DNA of 64,000 bases from Candidatus Tectimicrobiota bacterium. GTDB taxonomy: Bacteria; JACPUC01. Where the stretch lies: contig JACPUC010000010.1 of the NCBI GenBank assembly GCA_016192455.1, positions 1 through 64,000 of the forward strand, read 5' to 3'. Positions 28,600 to 37,655 of the stretch are shown one piece after another (the first letter of the stretch is position 1; the number at the start of each line of letters is the position of its first letter). Under the pieces are notes generated by a model. It was not told the origin of the DNA. It did no database searches and saw only the letters and a list, made by a program, of their open reading frames with translations. The position numbers and the translations under genes were made by a program.

Positions 28600-29867
28600 G
28601 CCGCGCCGCCGACCTCGAGCGCGCCGCCGGCCGCCATGAGCGCGGCAGGCTCCTCACCGGCAACGCTGCCGCCGCCTGGGGGGCGAGCCTGGCGGACGTC
28701 GACTACATCCCCGCCTTCCCCATCACGCCGCAGACGGAGATCATCGAGACCCTGGCGGAATGGGTGGCCGACGGCGACATTGCGGCCCGCTTCGTCACCC
28801 TCGATTCCGAGCACTCGATGCTGAGCGCCGCCGGCGCCGCCGCCGCGGCCGGCGCGCGCGTCTTCACCGCCACCTCGAGCCAGGGGCTCCTCTACGGCTT
28901 CGAAATGCTCTACGCCATCGCCGGCTGGCGCGTGCCGCTGGTGCTGGTGAACGTGTCGCGGGCACTCGCCTCGCCCATCACCCTGGAGGCCGACCACAAC
29001 GACATCCTGGCGGCGCGCGACAGCGGCTTCCTGCAGCTCCACGCGGAGACCTGCCAGGAGGTCCTCGACTCGGTCCTCATGGCCTATCGCCTGGCCGAGG
29101 ACGCGCGCGTCATGCTGCCGGCGCTCGTCAACCTCGACGGCTTCACCCTCTCCTTCACCCGCGAGCCGGTGGTGGTGCCGGAAGCAGCGGCGGCGGCCGA
29201 GTTCCTGCCGCCGTACGAGCCGAACCACGCCGCCATCCGCGGCGACCGCCCCATGGCGCAGGGGCCGGCGGTGCTCAGCGGCTTGGCCTACAGCTACTTC
29301 CGCTACCAGCAGCAGTTGGCGCAACTCAATGCCCTGGAGGTGCACGAGGAGATCGCCGCCGAGTTCGCGGCGCGCTTCGGGCGGCGCTACGGGCTGGTCG
29401 AGCCGTTCGAGCTCGACGACGCGGAGTACGTCCTGGTGATGTCGAACGCCTTCGCCACCAAGGGCAAGGAGGCGGTGGAGCGCCTGCGCAGCCGCGGCCT
29501 GCGCGCCGGGCTGTTGCGCTTGCGGGTGCTGCGGCCGTTCCCCGCCGCGGCCATCGCCGACGCCCTCGAGGGACGCATGGCCGTCGCCGTCATTGACCAG
29601 AACCTGGCGCCGGGGCTGGGCGGCATCACTTACCAGGAGGTCGCCGCCGCCCTCTACGACCGGCCGAGGCGCCCGCCGCTGCTGAGCGTCATCGGCGGCC
29701 TCGGCGGCAAGGACATTTCCGACGTCGAGTTCGATGCGGTCTTCCACGACCTGCGGCGTGCCGCCGCGGGTGAATCCGTACGCAGTCCCCGCCTCCTGTT
29801 CACGCAGGCGGAGCAGGAGCGCATGCAGACCCTGCTGCGCATCGCCGGCAAGGGGGCCAAGCCATGA
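28596..29867 (+). CDS. 2-oxoacid:ferredoxin oxidoreductase alpha subunit
   Basis: FPITPQTE, SEHS, FTATSSQG, GLGGKD; ATGA overlap with the previous gene. Confidence 0.93.
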   Translation: MSRAADLERAAGRHERGRLLTGNAAAAWGASLADVDYIPAFPITPQTEIIETLAEWVADGDIAARFVTLDSEHSMLSAAGAAAAAGARVFTATSSQGLLYGFEMLYAIAGWRVPLVLVNVSRALASPITLEADHNDILAARDSGFLQLHAETCQEVLDSVLMAYRLAEDARVMLPALVNLDGFTLSFTREPVVVPEAAAAAEFLPPYEPNHAAIRGDRPMAQGPAVLSGLAYSYFRYQQQLAQLNALEVHEEIAAEFAARFGRRYGLVEPFELDDAEYVLVMSNAFATKGKEAVERLRSRGLRAGLLRLRVLRPFPAAAIADALEGRMAVAVIDQNLAPGLGGITYQEVAAALYDRPRRPPLLSVIGGLGGKDISDVEFDAVFHDLRRAAAGESVRSPRLLFTQAEQERMQTLLRIAGKGAKP

Positions 29868-30829
29868 GCGCGCCGGTGACCGCGGAAGTCGCCGCCATCA
29901 AGAACCTGAAGCAGATCGCCCGCGAGGAGTTCATCCTGCCCGGCACGGCGGTGTGCGGCGGCTGCGGCGGGCTGGAGGGGCTGCGCCTGGCGGCCAAGGT
30001 CCTCGGCTCCAAGACGGTCTACATCAACGCCGCCGGCTGCTTCACGCTGCTGGCCGTCTACCCCTACTCGCCGTTCAAGGGCTCCTGGCTCTACACCACC
30101 ATGGGCGGCGCGGCGGCGGCGGCCCAGGGGGTGCGCGACGCCCTCGACGTGCTGATGGCGCGCGGCAAACTGCCGGTCGAGGACGACGTGCAGGTCGTCG
30201 TCGTCGCCGGCGACGGCAGCACCTACGACATGGCCATGGCCGCCAACTCCGGCGCCATCTTCCGCGGCCTCGATTTCTGGTACTTCTGCTACGACAACGA
30301 GTCGTACGGCAACACCGGCGTGCAGATGTCCAGCGCCACGCCGTACGGCGCCCGCACCACCACGACGCCGGTGGGGAGCGCCGCGCGCGCCGGCACCGAG
30401 CACGGCAAGAAGGACCTGTTCGAAATCTGGCGCGCCCACCAGCCGGCCTACCTGGCCACCGTGTCGCCGCGCTACCCCGTGGACCTGACGAACAAGTTCC
30501 TGAAAGCGAAAGGCCTGCGCGGGCCGAAGCTGTTCATCGCCCACGCCTCCTGTCCCACCGGCTGGCTCTTCGAGCCGAAGCGCAGCGCCGAGGTGGCGAA
30601 GCTGGCGGTGCAGACGGGCATCTTCGCGCTCAAGGAGTGCGTCGGCGGCGCTGTCACCCACACCCATATCCCCCGCCGCCGCAAGCCGGTCGAGGAGTAC
30701 CTGCGCGGCCAGGGACGCTACGCGCACCTCTTCGAGCCGACCCGCAACGACGCCGCCCTCCGCCTCATCCAGGAGCAGGTGGACCGCTACTGGGAGGCGG
30801 CGGCGAAGGCGGGCGCCGCGTCCTCCTGA
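29864..30829 (+). CDS. 2-oxoacid:ferredoxin oxidoreductase beta (TPP-binding) subunit
   Basis: CGGCG, GDG...YDNESYGNTG, CPTGW. Confidence 0.93.
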   Translation: MSAPVTAEVAAIKNLKQIAREEFILPGTAVCGGCGGLEGLRLAAKVLGSKTVYINAAGCFTLLAVYPYSPFKGSWLYTTMGGAAAAAQGVRDALDVLMARGKLPVEDDVQVVVVAGDGSTYDMAMAANSGAIFRGLDFWYFCYDNESYGNTGVQMSSATPYGARTTTTPVGSAARAGTEHGKKDLFEIWRAHQPAYLATVSPRYPVDLTNKFLKAKGLRGPKLFIAHASCPTGWLFEPKRSAEVAKLAVQTGIFALKECVGGAVTHTHIPRRRKPVEEYLRGQGRYAHLFEPTRNDAALRLIQEQVDRYWEAAAKAGAASS

Positions 30830-31117
30830 TCGTCCCCCTCCGCCGATCCCCGCCGAACCGTCCCGCCACGGTGCGACGTGCCTGCTTCCCCGCCGATGCT
30901 CCCTTCGTGCAAGGTGCCCCTTACCTTCCACCCCCTTTCTTCCACCAAGGAAAAGGAGTAAGAACCTCGGCTGAGGCTGCGTGTCGGTGACCGGCGGAGC
31001 TGCGCGGCGGCGGATCGGCGCCGCGGAGGGTTGCTGATCGCCGCCGGTCGCTGCGCCGCCACGGTGCCGCGTGCCGCCTGCGCCGCTTGATCCGCAGCGC
31101 TTCCGAGGAGGGGTCGC

Positions 31118-31762
31118 ATGGCACACCAACCAACGCGCTTCCGCTTTCGGAGCTACCCGAAAGCAATCTTCTTCTACCCGCTGATGCTGGCCGCCTTTGT
31201 CTGCGGCGGCCTGAGCTGGATGAGGCCGAACCTCGAATTCACCGGCGTGCTCTTCCTCTTCGTCCTCAGCATCAACTTCATGATCGTGTCGTTCGAGTTC
31301 TCGCGCTTCGTGAGCCTGGCGGTGGTCTTCCTCATCACCACCCTGATCTTCGCCGGCCTGTGGCTCGACGTGATCCCCAGCCTCAAGCTCCTTATCGCCA
31401 CCCTCGACTTCGCCGCCATTCGCGCCAGCGCCGCCTTCTACCTGGCGGTGGGCGTCATCCTCTTTCTGCTGCTCTTCGGCATGTTCCTGGCGACGCGCTT
31501 CGACTACTGGGAGCTGCGACCCAACGAACTGCTGCACCACGAGGGCTTCCTCGGCGACCTGCGGCGCTTCCCGGCCCCCAACCTGTCGGCGGAGAAGGAG
31601 CGGCGCGACGTCCTCGAGTGGCTGCTGCTGCGCTCGGGCCGTCTCATCCTGCACCCGCCGGGGCACGTGCCGATCATTTTGGAGAACGTGCCGCGCATCG
31701 AGCGCGTCGAGGCGCGCCTGCAGGAGGTGCTCAGCTCGATCAGCGTCAGCACCACGGGGTGA
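31118..31762 (+). CDS. Hypothetical membrane protein, about 4 TM plus a soluble C-terminal domain
   Basis: RBS GAGGAGG, genome-typical codon use, hydrophobic helices. Confidence 0.75.
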   Translation: MAHQPTRFRFRSYPKAIFFYPLMLAAFVCGGLSWMRPNLEFTGVLFLFVLSINFMIVSFEFSRFVSLAVVFLITTLIFAGLWLDVIPSLKLLIATLDFAAIRASAAFYLAVGVILFLLLFGMFLATRFDYWELRPNELLHHEGFLGDLRRFPAPNLSAEKERRDVLEWLLLRSGRLILHPPGHVPIILENVPRIERVEARLQEVLSSISVSTTG

Positions 31763-31804
31763 CCTGGCAGGGGTGAAGCGGCAGAGGGGACGGAGCGTGA
31801 CGGG

Positions 31805-33682
31805 TCACTCGCCGCGCCCCGCCGCCGCGCTGCCGGCGGCGAGCCTTAGCTCCTCGAGGGATGCCCGCGCCGCCTCGGAGACGGAGGTGAAGGCCACCCG
31901 CACCGTGGCGCAGGGCGCCGTGGGGTCCTCGTCCTGCCGCGCCAGCACCTTGGCGTAAAGGTCGCCGCGCGGGGCGCCGGGCCGCGGCTGCAGCGTGACT
32001 TTGAGGTTCGCATGCATGCTCAGCGCCGTCTCCAGGCAGAGCTCCGCCATGGTGGTGGTGAGATGGGTCATGCTCCCGGCGATGCGCGCTTCGGAAACGA
32101 TCTTGCCGTCGAGGGGAGCGCAGACGACCGGCAGCGGCGGGTCGAGGGGGAGGAAAGCCTCCGCCTCGCTGGCAGGCAGGGTAAGCTGGTAGGAGCCGCC
32201 GACCCCCTGCACCTCGTAGAGCGTCAACGGGCGGTCGATCCCCTTCACGTTCACCTCCCGGACGCTGCGCACCTGCACGAGGGAGCAGACCCGCTCGTAG
32301 GTGCTGGAGCCGATGAAAACCTGCCCGCCGAGCGTCGAGGACTCGATCCGAAAGGCGAGGTTGATCGCCGTTCCCACGGCGCTGTACTTCATGCGCTCCG
32401 GCGAGCCGATGTTGCCGACGATCACCTCCCCGGAGTTGAGACCGATCCCCATCTGCAGCTCCAGCATGCCGCGCCGGCGCTGCTCCTCGTTGAAGCGCCC
32501 CAGCTCGATCTGCATCTCGATGGCGCAGGCCACGGCGCGCGGGGGGTCGTCCTCGGCGGCGAGCGGCGTGCCGAAGTAGGCCAGGATGCCATCCCCCTGG
32601 AAATCGTCCACCGTGCCGCGATAGCGCATGATGACGGCCACCATGCGCTCGAGGTAGCGGTTCAGGATGTCGAGCACCTCGTGCGGGGTCAGACGCTGGG
32701 CAAGCGAGGTGAAGCCGCGCAGGTCGGAGACGAGCATGGTGATCTGCCGCGCCTCGCCCCCCACCTTCAGTCCCTCGGGTGAGTGCAAGGCCTCCTCCAC
32801 CACCTCCTGCGCCACGTAGCGCCCGAAGGCATAGCGGCAGACATCCCGCTCCCGCAACCCTTCCAGCATGTGGCTGAACGTCTGGGTGAGGCTTCCCACC
32901 TCGTCGCGGCTGCGCGGCGGGGGGAGCGTCACCTGCAGATTGCCTTCGGCCACCGCGGTGGCGGCCTTGGTCAGCTCCTTCAGCGGACGGAACATGCGCA
33001 CGGCGAACACCCCGAAGAGCGCCAGCCCCGCCAGCAGGATGCCGACGCTCAAGCCGACCAGGCGCGCCGTCTTCATCCGCACGGCGCGCGCCACCGGGTT
33101 GGCGAACTGGTTCAGCATGAGGACCGCGGCCACCTCGCCGTCGAGCTTCAGGGGCGTATTCACCTGCACGAACTGATCGAAGACCTGCTCGCCCACGCGG
33201 CCGCCGAAGAGCCGCGAGTGCATCATCTCGCCCTTCAGCCAGGCGCTGTTCGTGGCGGCGTACGTGGCGGGGAAGAGGTCGTGGATGTGCGCCGGCTGGC
33301 CGATGGCGAAGCCGTCGTGCTCCGCCGCCACGTAATGGAACCGGCCGTCGGGCTGGCGCCGCAGGATGATGGCGTTATCGACGCCGAACTCCTGCTTGAT
33401 GCGGTTCAGCGTCGCCAGGAGGCGGCGGTAGGCGGGCGCCTGCTTGTCCTCCGGGCGGCGCAGCGTCGTGATGGCGGCGACGTCAAGCCAGGCGGCGCCG
33501 CGCTCGGCGAAGAACTCCAGCTTCGAGGCGAGCACCTTCATCTCGTACGCCCGGCTGTCCTGGTAGTAGCGCAGCGCCAGCGGCGCCACCGTCACCAGCA
33601 GGATGAGCAGGAAACAGAGGATGAACTTGAAGATGATCGACCGGTAGAAGCGCAGCTTGCCGGTCTGAGGCCGCGGCGGCAT
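31805..33682 (-). CDS. Membrane-bound class III adenylate/guanylate cyclase with sensor and HAMP domains
   Basis: Two TM segments, HAMP (PLKEL...DEVGSL), SDLRGFT, GDGILAYFG, GIGLNSG, NLAFRIE. Confidence 0.92.
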   Translation of the reverse strand: MPPRPQTGKLRFYRSIIFKFILCFLLILLVTVAPLALRYYQDSRAYEMKVLASKLEFFAERGAAWLDVAAITTLRRPEDKQAPAYRRLLATLNRIKQEFGVDNAIILRRQPDGRFHYVAAEHDGFAIGQPAHIHDLFPATYAATNSAWLKGEMMHSRLFGGRVGEQVFDQFVQVNTPLKLDGEVAAVLMLNQFANPVARAVRMKTARLVGLSVGILLAGLALFGVFAVRMFRPLKELTKAATAVAEGNLQVTLPPPRSRDEVGSLTQTFSHMLEGLRERDVCRYAFGRYVAQEVVEEALHSPEGLKVGGEARQITMLVSDLRGFTSLAQRLTPHEVLDILNRYLERMVAVIMRYRGTVDDFQGDGILAYFGTPLAAEDDPPRAVACAIEMQIELGRFNEEQRRRGMLELQMGIGLNSGEVIVGNIGSPERMKYSAVGTAINLAFRIESSTLGGQVFIGSSTYERVCSLVQVRSVREVNVKGIDRPLTLYEVQGVGGSYQLTLPASEAEAFLPLDPPLPVVCAPLDGKIVSEARIAGSMTHLTTTMAELCLETALSMHANLKVTLQPRPGAPRGDLYAKVLARQDEDPTAPCATVRVAFTSVSEAARASLEELRLAAGSAAAGRGE

Positions 33683-33820
33683 GGGGTGCTCCTTGTGGCG
33701 GCGCCGTGCGGTGACACGTCATCCTGGGCAGTCCCGGCGCCCTCATAGAACCTGAACGGTCGTCCCTTGCCAGGCATTCCCCGGCGTGGGGCCTCCCCCT
33801 CGGCCTTATCAGGATGTTCC

Positions 33821-33848
33821 TTGACAGCAATCGTGAAGGGGGTATGAT
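33821..33848 (+). promoter_or_regulatory. Sigma70-type promoter
   Basis: TTGACA-N16-TATGAT at the start of an AT-rich islet. Confidence 0.65.
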
Positions 33849-33912
33849 AGATTTGTAACTTTCGAGACCTACAATGTGCAAGTTTTTTATGCGCCACACA
33901 GGAGGAGGCTTC

Positions 33913-33996
33913 ATCTCTCTTGTAGGAGTGAAGGGGAACTATCAGGTCACCATTCCTGCGGAGATTAAGCAAAGGGCTTTCACGATGGATCGGTGA
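33913..33996 (+). pseudogene. AbrB/MazE/SpoVT-type antitoxin remnant
   Basis: GGAGGAGG RBS, then ATC where a start codon is expected; reads (I)SLVGVKGNYQVTIPAEIKQRAFTMDR*. Confidence 0.6.
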
Positions 33997-34056
33997 AATG
34001 ATGCAGGCAGACCTCCGCGGCAATACCAATATCCCCATGGAGAGAAAAAAGTAGGC

Positions 34057-34302
34057 ATGAAAACCTACGTCTTCAGGGTTGTCATCGAACCAGACGGCGA
34101 TAGATGGATTGCTTACTGTCCAGCACTCCTCAAGCAAGGCGGAGCCACCTGGGGGAAGACGCGGGAAGAAGCAATGAAGCACATTGATGAGGTGGTTCGT
34201 TTGGTTGTGGAGAGCCTCATCAAGCACGGAGAGTCGATTCCCGAAGGGCCACCCGAGGAGGTGCTGGTATCCACAGAATCGCGGGTCGCCGTCACGGTTT
34301 AG
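34057..34302 (+). CDS. hicB: HicB-family antitoxin, short form
   Basis: YVFRVVIEPD, AYCPAL, ATWGKTREEA, GESIP. Confidence 0.9.
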   Translation: MKTYVFRVVIEPDGDRWIAYCPALLKQGGATWGKTREEAMKHIDEVVRLVVESLIKHGESIPEGPPEEVLVSTESRVAVTV

Positions 34303-34305
34303 CCG

Positions 34306-34563
34306 ATGGGGATCAAGTACCGCCGACTTCGCAGCCTGCCTGCCCGCGACCTTGTCTCTGCCCTGATGCGCGATGGATTCGCGCTCGATCGTCAAGCTGG
34401 TTCGCACCAGCACTATCGCCATGCGGATGGCCGTCGAGTGACGGTCACGTTCCATGCGCCTTCAGATACGTTTGGCGTAAAGCTCCTCAAGTACATGCTG
34501 GAGGACCAGGCTCGTTGGACCGAGGATGATCTCCGGCGCCTTGGTCTTATCAAGGGGAGGTGA
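34306..34563 (+). CDS. hicA: HicA-family mRNA interferase toxin
   Basis: ALMRDGF..DRQAGSH..YRHADGRRVTVTFH. Confidence 0.9.
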   Translation: MGIKYRRLRSLPARDLVSALMRDGFALDRQAGSHQHYRHADGRRVTVTFHAPSDTFGVKLLKYMLEDQARWTEDDLRRLGLIKGR

Positions 34564-34858
34564 AATCCCATAATCGAAGCAAAACATTACAGGGTTCTCC
34601 ATAGATTTTCTCAACTACCGTAGCGTGGAAAAAGGTTAAGAACCGCCACCTGCTTGTAATTGAAGAAGAATCTCCTTTACATCCTATACTTATGGCGCGG
34701 GTAAGGAAACCGCCGCGGGCGGGCCACGTGGACCGGCCGCCCTCCGTTGACGCTACTCATCAAGGGGACTATGCTGCCCCCGTAGCAGCCCAGCGGCTGC
34801 AAGCTCTTACCAAGATGCCCTGCGAAGGGGGCGGAAGGAAGAAACGGCAGGACCAGGG

Positions 34859-35605
34859 ATGACGGCGGGAGAAGAGACGGAACGTGCTTCGCGGCTCCTT
34901 GCAGCCGGCGAGCGGCTCATCGTAGCCCTCGATGTGCCGGGCGAGGCGGAGGCTTACCGGCTGGTGGATCAGCTCGGCGAGGCGGTGTCGTTCTACAAGG
35001 TCGGCTTCGAGCTCTTCGTGGCGGCGGGGCCGGCGATGGTGCGCGGCCTCATCAAGCGCGGTAAGCGGGTGTTCCTGGACCTGAAGTTCTTCGACGTGGG
35101 CGAGACGGTGCAGCGGGCGGCACGCGCCGCGGCCCGGCTCGGGGCGACCTTCCTCACGGTGCACGGCCACGCCAGCGCGCAGCAGGCGGCCGTGCGCGGC
35201 GCCGCCGGATCAGGCTTGCAAATCCTCATCGTCACCCTGCTCACCAGCCTCGACCACGACGACGTGAAGGAACTCTTCGGCCCGGCGGCAACGCCAGCGG
35301 CGATCATCCGGCAGCGCGTCGAGAAGGCCATGGCGAACGGCATCCACGGCGTCATCGCCAGCGGCCAGGAGGTGGCGGAAATCCGCGCCCTCGCCGGGGA
35401 CCGCCTCCTCATCGTCACGCCGGGGATCAGGCCGTCCGGCGCCGGCGCCGATGACCACAAGCGCGCCAGCACGCCGTTCGAGTCGATCCGCGGCGGCGCC
35501 GACTACCTCGTCGTCGGCCGCCCCATCCGCGATGCGGCGGACCCCCGCGCCGCCGCCCAGGCGATTGTCGCGGAGATTGAAGAGGGGCTGAAGGCGCGCG
35601 CGTAG
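34859..35605 (+). CDS. pyrF: Orotidine-5'-phosphate decarboxylase
   Basis: IVALD, YKVG, FLDLKFFD, TPGIRP, LVVGRPI. Confidence 0.96.
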   Translation: MTAGEETERASRLLAAGERLIVALDVPGEAEAYRLVDQLGEAVSFYKVGFELFVAAGPAMVRGLIKRGKRVFLDLKFFDVGETVQRAARAAARLGATFLTVHGHASAQQAAVRGAAGSGLQILIVTLLTSLDHDDVKELFGPAATPAAIIRQRVEKAMANGIHGVIASGQEVAEIRALAGDRLLIVTPGIRPSGAGADDHKRASTPFESIRGGADYLVVGRPIRDAADPRAAAQAIVAEIEEGLKARA

Positions 35606-35623
35606 GGGTGTCCCCTTGTAGAT

Positions 35624-35686
35624 TTTTGCGAGGGGACATTGTCCCCTCGCGCACCCCGTTTGCGCGAGCCGCTGCGCGGCTCGCGG
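35624..35686 (+). repeat. Partial third member of the dispersed repeat family plus a second hairpin between convergent genes
   Basis: TTTGCGAGGGG-ACATTGT-CCCCTCGCGCACCCC matches the first hairpin of copies 1 and 2. Confidence 0.55.
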
Positions 35687-35792
35687 GGAGGACAGAGGAT
35701 CATCCACCTCCGCCACCTTCCACGCATAGACAGACACGCGGGTGTGAGCCTGCTCACACCCGCGTGCGCATTCTTCGCGGTAGTTTCCCGCC

Positions 35793-36950
35793 TTACTGAT
35801 TCAGCTTCCTGATCCCCAAAGCGTCGCGGGCGATGATGATGCGCTGGATGTACGAGGTGCCCTCGTAGATTTCCGAGCCCTTGATGTCGCGATAGTAGCG
35901 CTCCACCGGGTTCTCATTCGAGTAGCCGTAGCTGCCGTGCAGGGTGACGGCGTTGGAGGCGGCGCGCGAGGCGGCCTCGCTGGCGTAGAGCTTCGCCATC
36001 GAGGTCTCGCGGGTGTTCTTCTTCCCCGCGTCCTTCTGCGCCGCGGCGCGGTAGGTGAGCAGCCGCGCCGCCTCGGTCTCCACCGCAATATCGGCGATGG
36101 TCTTCTGAATCATCTGGAACTCGGCGATCGGCTGGCCGAACTGCACCCGCGCGTTGGCGAACTTCACGCAGGCGTCGAGGCAGGCCTGGGCCACGCCGAG
36201 GCAGCCCGCCGCCACGCCGAGCCGCCCGTGGTCGAGGGCGCCCATCGCCACCCGGAAGCCGCCGCCGACCTCGCCGAGCACCTGGCTCTTGTGGACGCGG
36301 CAGTTCTGCAGGTTGATCGTGCCGTGGTCCATGGCACGGTGCCCCAGGCTCTTGTACTTCTGGTGCGCGGGGTTGAAGCCGGGGGTGCCCTTCTCGATGA
36401 GGAAGGCGGTGATGCCTCGGTGCCGCTTGCTGCGGTCCACCGAAGCAAAGAGGATGGCCACGTCCGCGAAGTTGGCGTTGGTGATCCAGACCTTCTGGCC
36501 GTTGATGACGAAGTGGTCGCCGTCAGGCGTGGCCACCGTCTCCATGTTGGCCACGTCGGAGCCGGCGTTCTTCTCCGTCAGGCTGTAACAGCCGATGATC
36601 TTGCCCGCCGTCAGCCGGGGGAGGTAGCGCTGCTTCTGCTCCTCCGTCCCCCAGTCGTGGATGCACATGGAGACGAGCCCGAGCTGCACGGCGATGAAAC
36701 CCCGGATCGAGGAGCAAACGCGGCCGATCTCTTCGTAGGTGACGGCGGCCGCCAGGTAGCCCTTGCCGGTGCCGCCGTACTTCTTCGGCAGCGGGTGGCC
36801 GAGGTAGCCCTCCGCCCCGAGCTTCGCCACGATGTCGCTCGGGAAGCGCCCCGTCTCGTCGATCTCCTTCACGATCGGCTCGATTTCGCGTTGCGCAAAG
36901 GCCCGCACCTGCTCCTGGACAGCAAGGTGTTCAGCGCTTAGCTCGAACAT
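35793..36950 (-). CDS. Acyl-CoA dehydrogenase, canonical catalytic Glu
   Basis: LTEKNAGSD, RVQFGQPIAEFQ, IYEGTS. Confidence 0.94.
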   Translation of the reverse strand: MFELSAEHLAVQEQVRAFAQREIEPIVKEIDETGRFPSDIVAKLGAEGYLGHPLPKKYGGTGKGYLAAAVTYEEIGRVCSSIRGFIAVQLGLVSMCIHDWGTEEQKQRYLPRLTAGKIIGCYSLTEKNAGSDVANMETVATPDGDHFVINGQKVWITNANFADVAILFASVDRSKRHRGITAFLIEKGTPGFNPAHQKYKSLGHRAMDHGTINLQNCRVHKSQVLGEVGGGFRVAMGALDHGRLGVAAGCLGVAQACLDACVKFANARVQFGQPIAEFQMIQKTIADIAVETEAARLLTYRAAAQKDAGKKNTRETSMAKLYASEAASRAASNAVTLHGSYGYSNENPVERYYRDIKGSEIYEGTSYIQRIIIARDALGIRKLNQ

Positions 36951-37024
36951 GGCATCCCCTCACCCCCCGGTGGCGTTGCGGCCCAGCCCTTGCGCCCCGC
37001 CCGGCGGCGCCACGGGCCGGCCTC

Positions 37025-37528
37025 CTAAGAGACTGCGGCCTGGGCGCCCGCAGCCTGAACCTCCTTGGCGGCCGAGAGGACCGCATCGAGGATTTTCACG
37101 TAGCCGGTGCAGCGGCAGAGGTTGCCCGCCAGGGCGTGGCGGATTTCCTCCTCGCTGGCCTCGGGGTTGCGGTCCAGGAGCGCCTTGGCGGTCATGATGA
37201 AGCCCGGCGTGCAAAAACCGCACTGGATGCCGCCGAGGCTCACGAACGCCTGCTGCACGGGGTGCAGCGTCCCCTCCCAGGCCAGCCCCTCGATGGTGGT
37301 GATCTCCTTGCCGCGCACGCTGCGGGCGATGGTGATGCAGGAGAGGTGCGGCACGCCGTCGACGAGCATCGTGCAGGCGCCGCACTCACCGAAGTCGCAG
37401 CTTCGCTTCGACCCCGTCAGCCCGAAATGCTCCCGCACTACCTCCAGGAGCGTCAGATGCGGATAGGCGAACGTCTGCATGAGCTCGCCGTTGATGCGCA
37501 ACTCCAACGGAAGCTTCTTCAACTCCAT
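37025..37528 (-). CDS. 2x[2Fe-2S] small subunit of the xanthine dehydrogenase family (HcrC/CoxS-like)
   Basis: CDFGECGACT, QCGFCTPG, NLCRCTGY. Confidence 0.93.
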   Translation of the reverse strand: MELKKLPLELRINGELMQTFAYPHLTLLEVVREHFGLTGSKRSCDFGECGACTMLVDGVPHLSCITIARSVRGKEITTIEGLAWEGTLHPVQQAFVSLGGIQCGFCTPGFIMTAKALLDRNPEASEEEIRHALAGNLCRCTGYVKILDAVLSAAKEVQAAGAQAAVS

Positions 37529-37655
37529 GCTCTATCTCCACACGCGGGGGGCACGGGGCCGCCATCCCCGCGCGGGGTGGGGCGGCGGACCGTCCGCTCT
37601 CGCGTGATTTTTTCAGCACCAACGCGGTCGCCCGGCTCCCCGCCGGGCTAAGCCG

